DNA of 64,000 nt, from assembly GCA_963749495.1 (NCBI GenBank), contig CAVVMW010000023.1:608001-672000 (forward strand), read 5' to 3'. The position numbers and the translations under genes are program-made. Origin of the DNA: an uncultured bacterium. Its GTDB lineage: Bacteria > Verrucomicrobiota > Verrucomicrobiia > Limisphaerales > UBA8199. The notes below the pieces were generated by a model that saw only the letters and a program-made list of their open reading frames with translations, did no database searches and was not told where the DNA came from. This document shows, piece by piece, positions 18,643-28,700 of the stretch (positions within the stretch are counted from its first letter, which is position 1; each line of letters opens with the position of its first letter).

Positions 18643-18978
18643 TCAGCGTTGAATCCGCAGGCGATAAAATGCTCTGGCCGGGTCTGACGCGGGTTGCACC
18701 CAGACCGGCCGCCAGGTGTTCAGATCATCCGATTTTTCCACGCTGATGGCAAAGCTCCCGCTTGGCCCGCCAACAGCCCGCCGGTCAGGCAGGGTGACTC
18801 CGTCCTCGGCGATGAAATAGGAGATGAACTTGCCGTATGGAAAAAACACGCCGCTGCTGAGGAACAGGGTCCCGGGCCCCGTGAATTCCGCTGGCTGGTT
18901 CGGCTCCAGCACAAAGCTCAACGCGCCACCACCCTCGCTGTCCTGGCGAGAAAAGCTCGCGTTGACAGGCCCCGGCAC
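18643..18978 (-). CDS. Small or truncated protein ending in the S-x-D-L-x-x-W...FYR domain
   Basis: ISVEKSDDLNTWRPV...RAFYRLRIQR; no signal peptide, possibly 5'-truncated. Confidence 0.55.
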   Translation of the reverse strand: MPGPVNASFSRQDSEGGGALSFVLEPNQPAEFTGPGTLFLSSGVFFPYGKFISYFIAEDGVTLPDRRAVGGPSGSFAISVEKSDDLNTWRPVWVQPASDPARAFYRLRIQR

Positions 18979-19089
18979 CCCAAATGGATCTCATGAAAAG
19001 ACGCTACTCCCGACTCCCTGCCTGTCAACAGCCCCACCCGCGGTCGGCCAACGGTTTGAAACCCCGATTGGCTTTAGACCCAGGTTCAC

Positions 19090-22000
19090 TTAGGGCACTA
19101 CCACGGCGCGGTAGAAGGCCTGACTGGCGCTTTGGACGTTGATCGGGAGGGCGATCGGAGCGCCCGCTGCCGCGGTATTGGTCGAGACCGCAGTCCAGGA
19201 TGAGAGGTCGCTCGAGGCCTGGATGACGTAGGTCTTGCCGGGGGCCCCGGCGACACTCAACAGGTACTGGCCATTGGCGGATGGCTGGATGCTCAGGCTC
19301 GGGGCGGCGGTGACAACGGTGGGGACGTTGAGCGGGCTGACCGTCGTGAGGCTGAGGCCCCAGCCATTGAGGAAGCCGGAGTCGCCCACCTGGTCAGCCA
19401 GGATGTAAAGCGACCAGGTCCCGTTGGGGTCGCTGCCATTGAGGCCGGCCAGGGGGGAGGCATAGGGGCCCGGAGGCGCGGGAAGCGGCAGAGAGGACGG
19501 GGCATTGTAAGCGGTGGGTTGGTAGGTTGTCCCGTCGAGGATGGCTGAGTCGGCAGGCAGAGGTGCGGCGCCGGCATCATCAAAGAAGAGGGTGATGTTC
19601 GTGATCGAGAAATGGGACCCGGCATGAGACATGAAGAGCGCGGAATTGCCGGCAGGGCTGACCAACAAGGCGTTGATCTCACTGGGGAAGGTGTGGCTCA
19701 GGCCGAAGAAGTTGACGGTGACCTTGCTGACCACGCCCGTCAGATTCGAGACGGTGAGAGTGGAGGGGTAAGGAGAGGCAGGGCTGGCATAGGGGATGTG
19801 GATGGAATCCGGGCTGGCCCAGGTCGAGCGGTCGGGCAGGATGAACACGAAGGAATTCGTGTAGAAATTGGTGGCCTGGACGGCATCGTCATAAGAGCGG
19901 ACCTCGCGAAGCAGGAGGGTGGCGGTGATGGAGCCGCCGTTGGTGAAGGGAGCGCTGCCGAGGCTTGTGGCGGTGAAGGTGAACGGTCGGACCACGGAGG
20001 CGCCACCGTGAACGATGGTGCCATAGACACTCTGGGCATTGGTGGCGGGGATGACACCGCCCGAGTCCAGGAGCGTGGCCGTGAGGTTGGGTGCGGTGTC
20101 GGCAGTCCCGGCATTGGTCAGGACCAGCGAGACGGTGACCATCTGGCCGGGGGCAATGCCCGGGCCGCTCCCCGCGACCAGGAGCGCCCCGGCAGACAGG
20201 AGCAAGGGAGCGGGGTTGTTGACGGTGAGGGCATTGGTCACGCTGTTGTTGGAGAGGTCGGGGTCGAAGGAGACCGTGGCGACCACGGGGACACTGGTCA
20301 GAGGCACATTGGTGCTCAAGCCGCTGGACAGAGGCACGGCGGCCAAGGGGACCATGACGAGCGCCAGCGATGCCCCGGCATTGGGGGCCAGGTTGCCCAG
20401 GGCGGCAGTCAGGACGCCGTTGTTGGTGGTCCAGGAGCCGGCTGTGGCCGTGGCAGAGAGGAACAGGGCGTTGGTGGGCAACAAATCGGTGAGTGAAACC
20501 TCGATGGCCACCCCGGGGCCGTTGTTAGTGGTGGCGACGGTATTGGTCAGGGGATAGCCCACGACGGCCGGGTTGGGGGCGAAGTCCTGGGAAACCACCA
20601 GGTCGGCCTGAGGCAGCACCAACTGGGTCACCGAGACGGCGACGTTGTTGGCGGGGTTGAGGTCAATCTCAGGGGAGCCCACGCTGGCGGTATTGGTCAG
20701 AAAGCCGGCGGCGGGGTTTGGGGCGAAGGCGACGCTCACGGTTGCAGTGGAGCCGGCCGTGATGACGCCGAGGTTGCCAATGATGGAGTCACCGTTGAAG
20801 CCGATCGTGCCCTGGGAGCAGGAGGCCGAGAGGAACGAGGCATTGGGCGGCAGGGCGTTGGTGAAGACGACATCCGAGGCGTCGCTCGGGCCGCCGTTGG
20901 TCAGAATGAACAGGTAGGCCAGGGTGTCGGAAACCGCGGCAGGCGAGGGCGGGGCGAGGGCGATCAACGCAAGGTCGGCCAGCGGGTTGACCGGCATGAC
21001 CGTGGTCAGGGTCAGGCTCCAGCCATTGGAGATGCCGCCCGTGTCGCCCAGTTGGTCGTCCATGACATAGAGCGACCAGACCCCATTGGGGTTGATGCCG
21101 TTGAGGCTGGAGAGCACGGCGGCATAAGGGCCGGCCGGGGCGGGGTTGGAGAAGGCCGGTGCCGGCGTATATTCAGTCGGCCGGTAAGGGCCAGAGATGA
21201 GCGAGCCGAAGCGCGGCATAGCCGAAGGCGCGGCATCATCGAAGGTGAGATTGAGGTTCAGGGCAGGCTGGTTGCCGGCGTGCGACATCAGCAGTGTATT
21301 GGCGCCGGTGGGGGCGGCCAGCAGCGCGTCCACGTCCCGGGGATAGGTGTGGCTGAAGCCCTGGAGCGTAGCGGTGACTTTGCTCAGCGTGCCGGTCATG
21401 CCCGATACCGTGATGGTCGAGGGATACGGCGAACCGCCGAAATCGAGGATGGCGATGGCATCGGTATTGGTGAAACTGACGATGGTCGGCAGCGTGAAGT
21501 TGAAGGAAACGACGTTCGTCAGCACATCGTCCCCATCCTGCAACTGGAGCACAGCGGTGACGGTTGCGCCCGGGGCGCCGGTGGCGATGAACGAAAAGGG
21601 CTGCTCGACAAAGGAGCCGTCCGGGAACAGAATCCCGTAGTCCTGGGGACCATTGGGAGCCACGGGTGTTATCCCATCGACCGCCAGGAGCGTCGCCTGG
21701 AGGTTGGTGTTGCTCACGTTGCCCGCATTGCGCACCCGCAGGCCCACAGTGACGGTCTCGCCGTTGTCAATGGCGCCGTCGGGAGGGGAGAAGCTCTCGC
21801 CGAGCAAGACCGCGCCGGCCGGAACAAAGCTGATGAACGGAGGGGCAACCCGCACTACGGTAGTGACCGAGTTGTTGGACGGGTCAGGGTCCGCTTGTGC
21901 GCCGACCACCGAGGTCGTCGCCCTGGCAGGGCCCTGGATGGTGGCGATGACCTGGACGCCGACCTGGGCGCTGCCGCCTGCGGCCAGCGAGCCCAGGCTT

Positions 22001-25000
22001 GCGACGATGTTGTTGCCGGTCAGCGCAACCGTCCCTTGAGAGTTGGTCACCGAGATCAGCTCCAGCGACGCATCCATGCTATGGGTCAACAGGACGCTGG
22101 ACGCCGCGCTGGGGCCGGCATTCGAGACGATGATGAGGTAAGTCAGGCTGCTGCCCAGCACGACCGGGTTGGCGGAAGGGATGACACTCACGGACAGGTC
22201 GGCTGCGGGGCCGACGATGGTCTGGAGGTTGCTGGTGTTGTTTGAAATGACAGGGTCGTACTGGTTGCCGAAGATGGAGGCCGAATCGAGCGCGACGCCC
22301 TCGCTGAGGATAGTGACCGCAATGGTGGCGGTGGCCGAGGCGGAGTTGGTGAGGGTGCCGATGCTCCAAAAAACCTGGTCGCCGTTGACCGCAGCCGCGC
22401 CCTGGGAAACCGCAAAGGAGATCAGCGCGGAATTGTTCGGCAGCACGTTGGTCACCCCGACCCCGGTGGCCAGGCTGGGCCCGTTGTTCACGGCGGTCAC
22501 CGTGTAGGTGAGCGTGCCGCCGACCAGCGGCGCGCTCGGAAACGCGCTCAGACTCACCGCCAGGTCGGCCGTGGGCGGGCGCACCCGGGTCAGGAGAGTG
22601 AGGGTATTATTGGCGGGATTGAAATCAGGCTGGTCGGCGCTGACGGTAGCCGTAGAGGTGAAATCGCCGGCCGCGATGGCCTGGCAAACCACCGTCATCC
22701 GGGCAGGGTTCGAGCGGCCCGCCATGGGGCCCAGGGCAAAGGTAACGACGCCGTTGCCCACGCTCCAGGAACCCTGGGCCGTCGAGGCATCGACAAACTG
22801 GACGCCCGAAGGCAGTTGAAGGGTTATGGCGGCGTTCTTGACCGAGCTGGGGCCGTTGTTCGTGGCGTAGATCGTATAGGTCAGCAGGTCGCCGAGGATG
22901 ACCGGGTCCGGGACCGCAGTCATCGCGACGGCCATGTCCGCGCCGGGGCACTCGCCGCCCCCGTTCAGGCAAGTGGCCGGCGTCAGGAACAGCGACCAGC
23001 ACTGGAGGGTGCCGACGCCGTACAAGTACTGGTCAATGACGCGCAGTTTCCACGTGCCATTGACATTTGTCCCAGCCTTGCCGATGAAAAACGCCAGGGG
23101 CTGTTGCGGCCGGAAGGTGCCCACAAAAGGCGCGAACCCCGTCGTGATGGCCAGACTGGCGTCGTCGTCGAATGTGGTGCGGGCGGCGTCGCTGAGACCC
23201 AGGCCATAATTCTGTCCGGAACCGCCGTTGTTGGCGGAGAGCGTCGTGGTCGTCCCATCCGGGCCGATCAGCTCGAGGCGCAAGTCGGCGTCGTACTGGT
23301 GCGTGATAAAGAGGCTGACGACGGCCTTAGTGACCGCGGAGGGGAAGTTGGAGATGACGATCGGGGAATCGATCTGGCCAACGTCGGGAATGGGAATAAC
23401 GGAGAAATTGTCATAGCGCAGAGGAATGGCGGGGACGCCGCTGGTGATGCGGAAGCGGAAGGTGACCGGGCTGAGGGCCTGGTCGGAGTTGATGGTGAGG
23501 GTGAAATCGATGGGGGTGCCGCAGGGGAAAGTGGGGGCGGTGCTGATCCTGAGGGGCACCTGGTTGGTGGCGGCGGTGTTGGTGAGCATGACGCCGTAAC
23601 TGGCGGTCGGTTGGACGACGATGACGCCGGGGGTGGCGGTGGCGAGGGTGGCGCGGACGCCCGTGGCGGCCACGTTGCCGAAGTTGGTCAGGACGATGCT
23701 GAGGTTATCACACTCGTTGGTCTGGATGATGCCGTTGCCGTTGCCGCCGGAGATGTAGTTGGTCAAGTAGCGCAACAGGGGCACGGTGCCGTAAGCAGGG
23801 GCGAGGATGTTGACGAGGTTGGTGCCGTTGGGGGTGCCCCAACCGGTGCAGAGGTCGTAGCCGGGACAGGCATAAAAGAGGTTGGTGTTGACGAGGTTGG
23901 TGTTGTTGCCCGTCGTGACATCGCGCAAGGCGATGGGATAGTAGGTGCGGCTCGATCCAATGGCATAGAGAGCGGGGTTGAGAAAGCCGACGGGTTTATC
24001 CCCGTTGACCAGGGCCTGCTCATTGACCAGGGCGGTGAAGGCCGCCCAGAGGGGCGAGGCAGCGCTGGTGCCCCCGACCATCGAGCCCACGCCATTATCC
24101 GAGATGATCCAGATGTTGTCGGCCGTCAGGGCCACGTCGGGGACATTGCGCATGGTGGTCGAGCCGGCGTTGGTTGTCATATTGATGCCCTGCTGCCAGG
24201 AGGGGATGGCGTAGTTGGTGCTGATGCCGCCGCCGCTGCCCTCGCCTCCGCCCCAATTCCACACGGTCTCGGAGACGTAAGCTCCTCCAGGACCTGTGGT
24301 GCTCAAGGTCGTGCCGCCAACCAGCGTGATATAAGGGTTGTCGGAATAATCGGGGGTGCCGATGTAAAACGAGTCCCCGTCACCGGAGGCCTGAAAGAAC
24401 GACTGGCCTTGAGCGATGAACTGGAGGTAGATCTGGTCTGAAATCGGGTTGTCGGGGATGCCCCAGGAAGAACTGAGCCTGGCTGGCCGCGTTGTCAACG
24501 GCCATTTGATTGAGTATGTCAACGTCGGCGTTGGGGTAGCCGTTAGGAGCTTCATAGACAATGATTTGCGAGAGCCCCGGCGCCATCGAGATGCACATCT
24601 CGATGTCGAGGCAGACCTCCCCGTTGCCGAAACCCGGCACGCCATTGAACCCGTCCAGCAACACGTTCTGCAAGGGGACACTCGGCAGGCCGGCCTGGGC
24701 TTCGTATGACGCAATGTCACTGGCGAAGTAGCCGTCAAGCTGGAAGAGGCCCACGGCCTGGTAGGCTCCGGTGAGGGAGGTGCCTGGAATATAGGCGGCA
24801 CGGAAGTCGTTGCCCAGGTAGGTGCCGCCAGGGCCCGCACCGAACCTCGGGCCCAAATCGGGGCGGCGCCGGGCGGCAGGCGTTTGATGCGCGGCTTGGG
24901 CAGGAAGAAGTTGTTCAGTCCCTTGATGTGGAGGATGGGGACGCTGAGGTCCAGGGAAGGCTCGGCGTCGGGTGCGTAAAACGTGCGGAACTCAGTCGGG

Positions 25001-25488
25001 TGCTGATAGACATGGAAGGAAACGTGCAATGCCTTCTGGACGTCGCCCGCGGCGCCTTCAACGTCCAGGATGACGCGATTGGGCGAGGTGGCGGTGACCC
25101 TGAGGCCGCTGGCGTTGGCGAAGTTGACGACGGCTTGATAGTCCTGCTGGCTGGGGCCGAACAACTCGGCGAATTGCTGCGGGGTCAGATAGTGGCGGTA
25201 ACTGGGGCTGGCCGGGTCGTAGAGGTCCTGCAGCAAGGCGGTCAGTTGGGCCTGGTTGCGCAAGGGCAGGCCGATGGCCAAGTGCAAGCGCTCGGAGGCG
25301 GGGAGGCGGTTCATCGCCTGGAGGCTCAGGGCGGCAGCGGGCACATGGCCTCGAACGACCTGTCTTTCGACGGCCATGGCGGGGAGGGCGACCGCAAAGC
25401 CGCAGAGCGCCGCCAGGCAGGCGCGCCGCAAGGCGAGCCCCTGCCCAAGGCAACCAGGCGTCGAGGGTTTAGGATTGGATGGCTTCAT
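19090..25488 (-). CDS. Large secreted S53 (sedolisin/kumamolisin) peptidase with prodomain, P-proprotein-like domains, DUF11 repeats and C-terminal FYR domain (~2130 aa; compensating frameshifts ~24860 and ~24478)
   Basis: Prodomain LYDPASPSYRHYLTPQQFAELFG; catalytic EVCLD in the 24380..24856 frame; ASGDGD; GGTSAASPLWA; GYDLCTGWGTP; DUF11 motifs N.GPS.A and D.NPANN. Confidence 0.9.
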   Translation of the reverse strand: MKPSNPKPSTPGCLGQGLALRRACLAALCGFAVALPAMAVERQVVRGHVPAAALSLQAMNRLPASERLHLAIGLPLRNQAQLTALLQDLYDPASPSYRHYLTPQQFAELFGPSQQDYQAVVNFANASGLRVTATSPNRVILDVEGAAGDVQKALHVSFHVYQHPTEFRTFYAPDAEPSLDLSVPILHIKGLNNFFLPKPRIKRLPPGAAPIWARGSVRALAAPTWATTSVPPIFQAPPSPEPTRPWASSSLTATSPVTLRHTKPRPACRVSPCRTCCWTGSMACRVSATGRSASTSRCASRWRRGSRKSLSMKLLTATPTPTLTYSIKWPLTTRPARLSSSWGIPDNPISDQIYLQFIAQGQSFFQASGDGDSFYIGTPDYSDNPYITLVGGTTLSTTGPGGAYVSETVWNWGGGEGSGGGISTNYAIPSWQQGINMTTNAGSTTMRNVPDVALTADNIWIISDNGVGSMVGGTSAASPLWAAFTALVNEQALVNGDKPVGFLNPALYAIGSSRTYYPIALRDVTTGNNTNLVNTNLFYACPGYDLCTGWGTPNGTNLVNILAPAYGTVPLLRYLTNYISGGNGNGIIQTNECDNLSIVLTNFGNVAATGVRATLATATPGVIVVQPTASYGVMLTNTAATNQVPLRISTAPTFPCGTPIDFTLTINSDQALSPVTFRFRITSGVPAIPLRYDNFSVIPIPDVGQIDSPIVISNFPSAVTKAVVSLFITHQYDADLRLELIGPDGTTTTLSANNGGSGQNYGLGLSDAARTTFDDDASLAITTGFAPFVGTFRPQQPLAFFIGKAGTNVNGTWKLRVIDQYLYGVGTLQCWSLFLTPATCLNGGGECPGADMAVAMTAVPDPVILGDLLTYTIYATNNGPSSVKNAAITLQLPSGVQFVDASTAQGSWSVGNGVVTFALGPMAGRSNPARMTVVCQAIAAGDFTSTATVSADQPDFNPANNTLTLLTRVRPPTADLAVSLSAFPSAPLVGGTLTYTVTAVNNGPSLATGVGVTNVLPNNSALISFAVSQGAAAVNGDQVFWSIGTLTNSASATATIAVTILSEGVALDSASIFGNQYDPVISNNTSNLQTIVGPAADLSVSVIPSANPVVLGSSLTYLIIVSNAGPSAASSVLLTHSMDASLELISVTNSQGTVALTGNNIVASLGSLAAGGSAQVGVQVIATIQGPARATTSVVGAQADPDPSNNSVTTVVRVAPPFISFVPAGAVLLGESFSPPDGAIDNGETVTVGLRVRNAGNVSNTNLQATLLAVDGITPVAPNGPQDYGILFPDGSFVEQPFSFIATGAPGATVTAVLQLQDGDDVLTNVVSFNFTLPTIVSFTNTDAIAILDFGGSPYPSTITVSGMTGTLSKVTATLQGFSHTYPRDVDALLAAPTGANTLLMSHAGNQPALNLNLTFDDAAPSAMPRFGSLISGPYRPTEYTPAPAFSNPAPAGPYAAVLSSLNGINPNGVWSLYVMDDQLGDTGGISNGWSLTLTTVMPVNPLADLALIALAPPSPAAVSDTLAYLFILTNGGPSDASDVVFTNALPPNASFLSASCSQGTIGFNGDSIIGNLGVITAGSTATVSVAFAPNPAAGFLTNTASVGSPEIDLNPANNVAVSVTQLVLPQADLVVSQDFAPNPAVVGYPLTNTVATTNNGPGVAIEVSLTDLLPTNALFLSATATAGSWTTNNGVLTAALGNLAPNAGASLALVMVPLAAVPLSSGLSTNVPLTSVPVVATVSFDPDLSNNSVTNALTVNNPAPLLLSAGALLVAGSGPGIAPGQMVTVSLVLTNAGTADTAPNLTATLLDSGGVIPATNAQSVYGTIVHGGASVVRPFTFTATSLGSAPFTNGGSITATLLLREVRSYDDAVQATNFYTNSFVFILPDRSTWASPDSIHIPYASPASPYPSTLTVSNLTGVVSKVTVNFFGLSHTFPSEINALLVSPAGNSALFMSHAGSHFSITNITLFFDDAGAAPLPADSAILDGTTYQPTAYNAPSSLPLPAPPGPYASPLAGLNGSDPNGTWSLYILADQVGDSGFLNGWGLSLTTVSPLNVPTVVTAAPSLSIQPSANGQYLLSVAGAPGKTYVIQASSDLSSWTAVSTNTAAAGAPIALPINVQSASQAFYRAVVVP

Positions 25489-25560
25489 AATCAAACAGTC
25501 ACGAGTTGGCGGCCAGGAAACGGAATCGGTCGGTGAAGGGGCAAAGTGAGTCTCCGGCGG

Positions 25561-25708
25561 ACCCCTCACCCCAGCCCTCTCCCCTTCCGAAGGGGAGAGG
25601 GAGAATTCTCGGTGGCGGATTGAGGAATTGGACACGCCTCAAACGTCGAGAGACTGCCGAAGCCTCTCCCTCTCCCCTTCCGAAGGGGAGAGGGGCGGGG
25701 TGAGGGGT
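25561..25708. repeat. REP doublet/MITE-like palindrome, copy 2
   Basis: Arms and spacer are similar to 45349-45496. Confidence 0.85.
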
Positions 25709-25764
25709 CGGCCCCAAAGGCGTGCTGGCCTTCATGGAGGCCTTGCCAGGAAACGGGGACCGGG

Positions 25765-28700
25765 TCATGGCGTCGTGCGGCTCAAGCGGAAGAAGAGGCT
25801 GCCGCTGCCGATTGAATTGGTGAAGCTGTACTGCCCGTTGACCAGGGACGGGGCGGGATTGGTCACCGTGGTCCACTGGATGGGCGGGATCAGGCTGGGC
25901 GTGGTCTGGACTTGGACGGCGCCCTGGGCAGCGGGCCAGGTCAGGACCAGGGTCTGGGGCGCCGGGATGAGCAGGGTGACCGCGAGCGGGGCCGTGACGA
26001 CCGTCTTGACGGCGCCGTCGGCGCTGCTCTTGAATGGATCGACGACCTCCGAGTAGCAGGTCGCGAAGGTGAGATTGGTGGCGGGCCCAACGGTAGGCCG
26101 GGCGACGACGGAAGCCGAGGCGATGCTGTTGCTGCCGAAGGGGCCGAAATTGGTGAAGGTGACGATGTTGTTGACCGCGTCCAGGGTCCAACTGGCGGGC
26201 GAGGCGGAGACGAAGCTGGCGTTGGGGTCGAGGTAGAAGAGGATAGTCAGGCCCGGGGCGCTGGCGGGGCCGAGGTTGGTGACCGTGGCCGTGAGCGCAT
26301 AAGTGCCGCCCAGCACGACCGCGTTGGGCCCGCTGACCAAGTCCAGGGCCAGCTCGGCAGTGGGGGCGACGACATTGGCGCTGGCGCTGGCAGTGTTGTC
26401 CGAGGGGTTGAGGTCGAGAACCATGTTGGTGACCGTGGCCGAATTGACCGCGGTGCCGACCAGCGTCGGCTGCACGGATAGGGTCATCGAGGCCTGGGCG
26501 CCTTTGAGCAGGTCGCCGACGGTCCAGGTGAGCGACCCGTCGGCATTGGTCGAGACCGCGCCCTGGGACACGCTCGACGAGAGGTAAGTCGCGCCGGCCG
26601 GGAGGACGTCGCTCACGACCACGTTGCTGGCCATGGCCGGGCCGAAGTCGGACACGGTCAGGACGAAGACGAGGTTGCTGTTCCGGATGACACTCTGGGT
26701 AAGCGGGTCAACCAGGGCGGACATGGCCAGGCCGACGTCCGCCGAGGGCTGGACGGTGGTGGCGGTGATGACGTTGAGGAACCAGCCATTGGAGATGATG
26801 CCGTCGTTGAACGAGGTATCATCCAGGACATAGAGGTCCCAGGTGCCGTTGGGTTTGATGCCGTTGAAGACAGCGAGGTTGGTCGCGTAGGGGTTGCCGG
26901 CCGTCGAGGGCGGGGCCGGCAGCGGGAAGGGCGGGGGCGCCAGCGGATAGGCGGTGGGGTGATAGGTGCCTGAGGTGATGAGCGAGGCGATGGGCAGGTA
27001 GTTGGTTGACCGCGTCGTCGAACAGGAGGGTGGCGTTGCTCACCGTGAAGCTGCTGCCGCACTTGGACATGAGATAGGACATCTGGCCCGCGGGCGAGAC
27101 CAGGAGAATATCAATGTCGTGCGGCCAGGAGTGATTGAGGTTAGTGATCATGACGGTGGCCTTGCCCAGGAAGTCGCCAATGCCGCTGACCTCGATGGGC
27201 AACGGGTACGGCGAGGCGGCCGCGTCGTCGTTGATGATGATGGGCGCGGTGTTCGAGTAGATGGCCGTCCGGAAACCGATGACGAAATCAAAGACCAGCG
27301 TATTGAGCGGGCGCAAGCCGTCCTGGAGCTGGAAGGTCGGTGAGACGACCTGGCCGTTGGTGCCCGCCGCCGTGAAGGTGAAGAGGCGGGAGACCGAAGG
27401 TCCCTGGACGGGCATCGGCCCATAGGTCTGGGCGGGGCTGGGGTTGGCGACCCCGTTGGTGGCGAGCAAAGTGGCGATAAGGTTGGTGACATCGAAGCCG
27501 GCGCCGTTGCGGAAAGCAAAGAGCATCGTGATGGTTTCGCCCGGCTCGATGGAGCGAGCCACGTTGGTCTCCAGGCAGGTCAGGTCCAGGACCCAACCGC
27601 TGTCAAGCGACCCGGAGTAGGGCGGCGCATTGGCCTGGACATAGAACGACCAGTTGCCGGCGGGTTGGCTGTCGTCAAAGGAGGCCAGGCTGGTCCCGTA
27701 GGCCCCGGAACCGGCGCCCGGGAACGCCGGGGCGGCGCCGTAGGCGCTCGGGGCATAAACGCCGTTGGTAATGGGCGCGTTGGCGGGCAGCGCGTTGGTG
27801 GCAAAATCATCGAAGGTGATGGCGGCGCCGCTCAAGGCGCCGGCGCCGCCGGCGTTGGCCATCAGGAGGGTGTTGGTGCCCGAGGGCCCGGCCAGCAATG
27901 CCGCCAGGTTCTGGGCGGCCGGGATCGAGGCGCTGGGCAGGCGCACGGCGACCTTCTCGACCTGGCTCAGGAGGTTGCTGACGGCGATGAGCAACGGGTA
28001 GGCCGAACCGTGCCCGGTGGCCGTGGCCAGACTGATCGGGGCGGCGTTGGTGAAGGAGCTTGTGAACGTGAGCGCCATGCCGGCGGGCACGATCTCGCTG
28101 CCGTCGGCCTCCAGGATGGTCAACGTCGCCGTGCTGTTGTTGGTCTGCAGGACCGGAAAGCCGATCGGGCCGGTGACGAGCCTGGGGTTGGAGAGGTTGA
28201 TCTGGACGGTATGATCGCCATCGACCCGGGTGTCGTCTATGACCAGGACGGAGAAGGTGGTGCGAGTCTGGCCGTTGGAGAAGAGGAGCGTGCCGTTGGT
28301 GGGCACGTAATTGATATAGGGGATGGCGGAGTCGCTGTTGGTGCCGGAGGCCGTGGCGAAGTCCACGCTGACCGTGCAGTTGGTGTAGCCGGCGCGCAGA
28401 ACGTCAACGGCGGCTGCGAAGCCGGTCTCCTTGACCTGGTAAGCGGCGCTGGAGAAGCTCAGGCCGGAGATGTCGTCAGTGATGGTGACCGCGGCGCGGG
28501 TGGGCGGGAGCAACTGGGTGCCGCCGACGGTGTTCACGTTGGTCGAGAGGAGCACATCGAAGATGACGTCGCCCTCGAGCAGGGCGTTGTTGATGATCGG
28601 CACGGCGAAGGATTGGAGGGCGATGCCATTGCTGAAGGTGAGAATGCCGTTGGTGGAGACATAATCGACGTTGGCCCGGGCGGTGCGGTCGGCCGTGGCC

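Noticed and set aside
25489..25635. N-terminal extension of the S53 ORF (SLSPSEGERAGVRG)
   Set aside because: Translation of the palindromic repeat, not protein.
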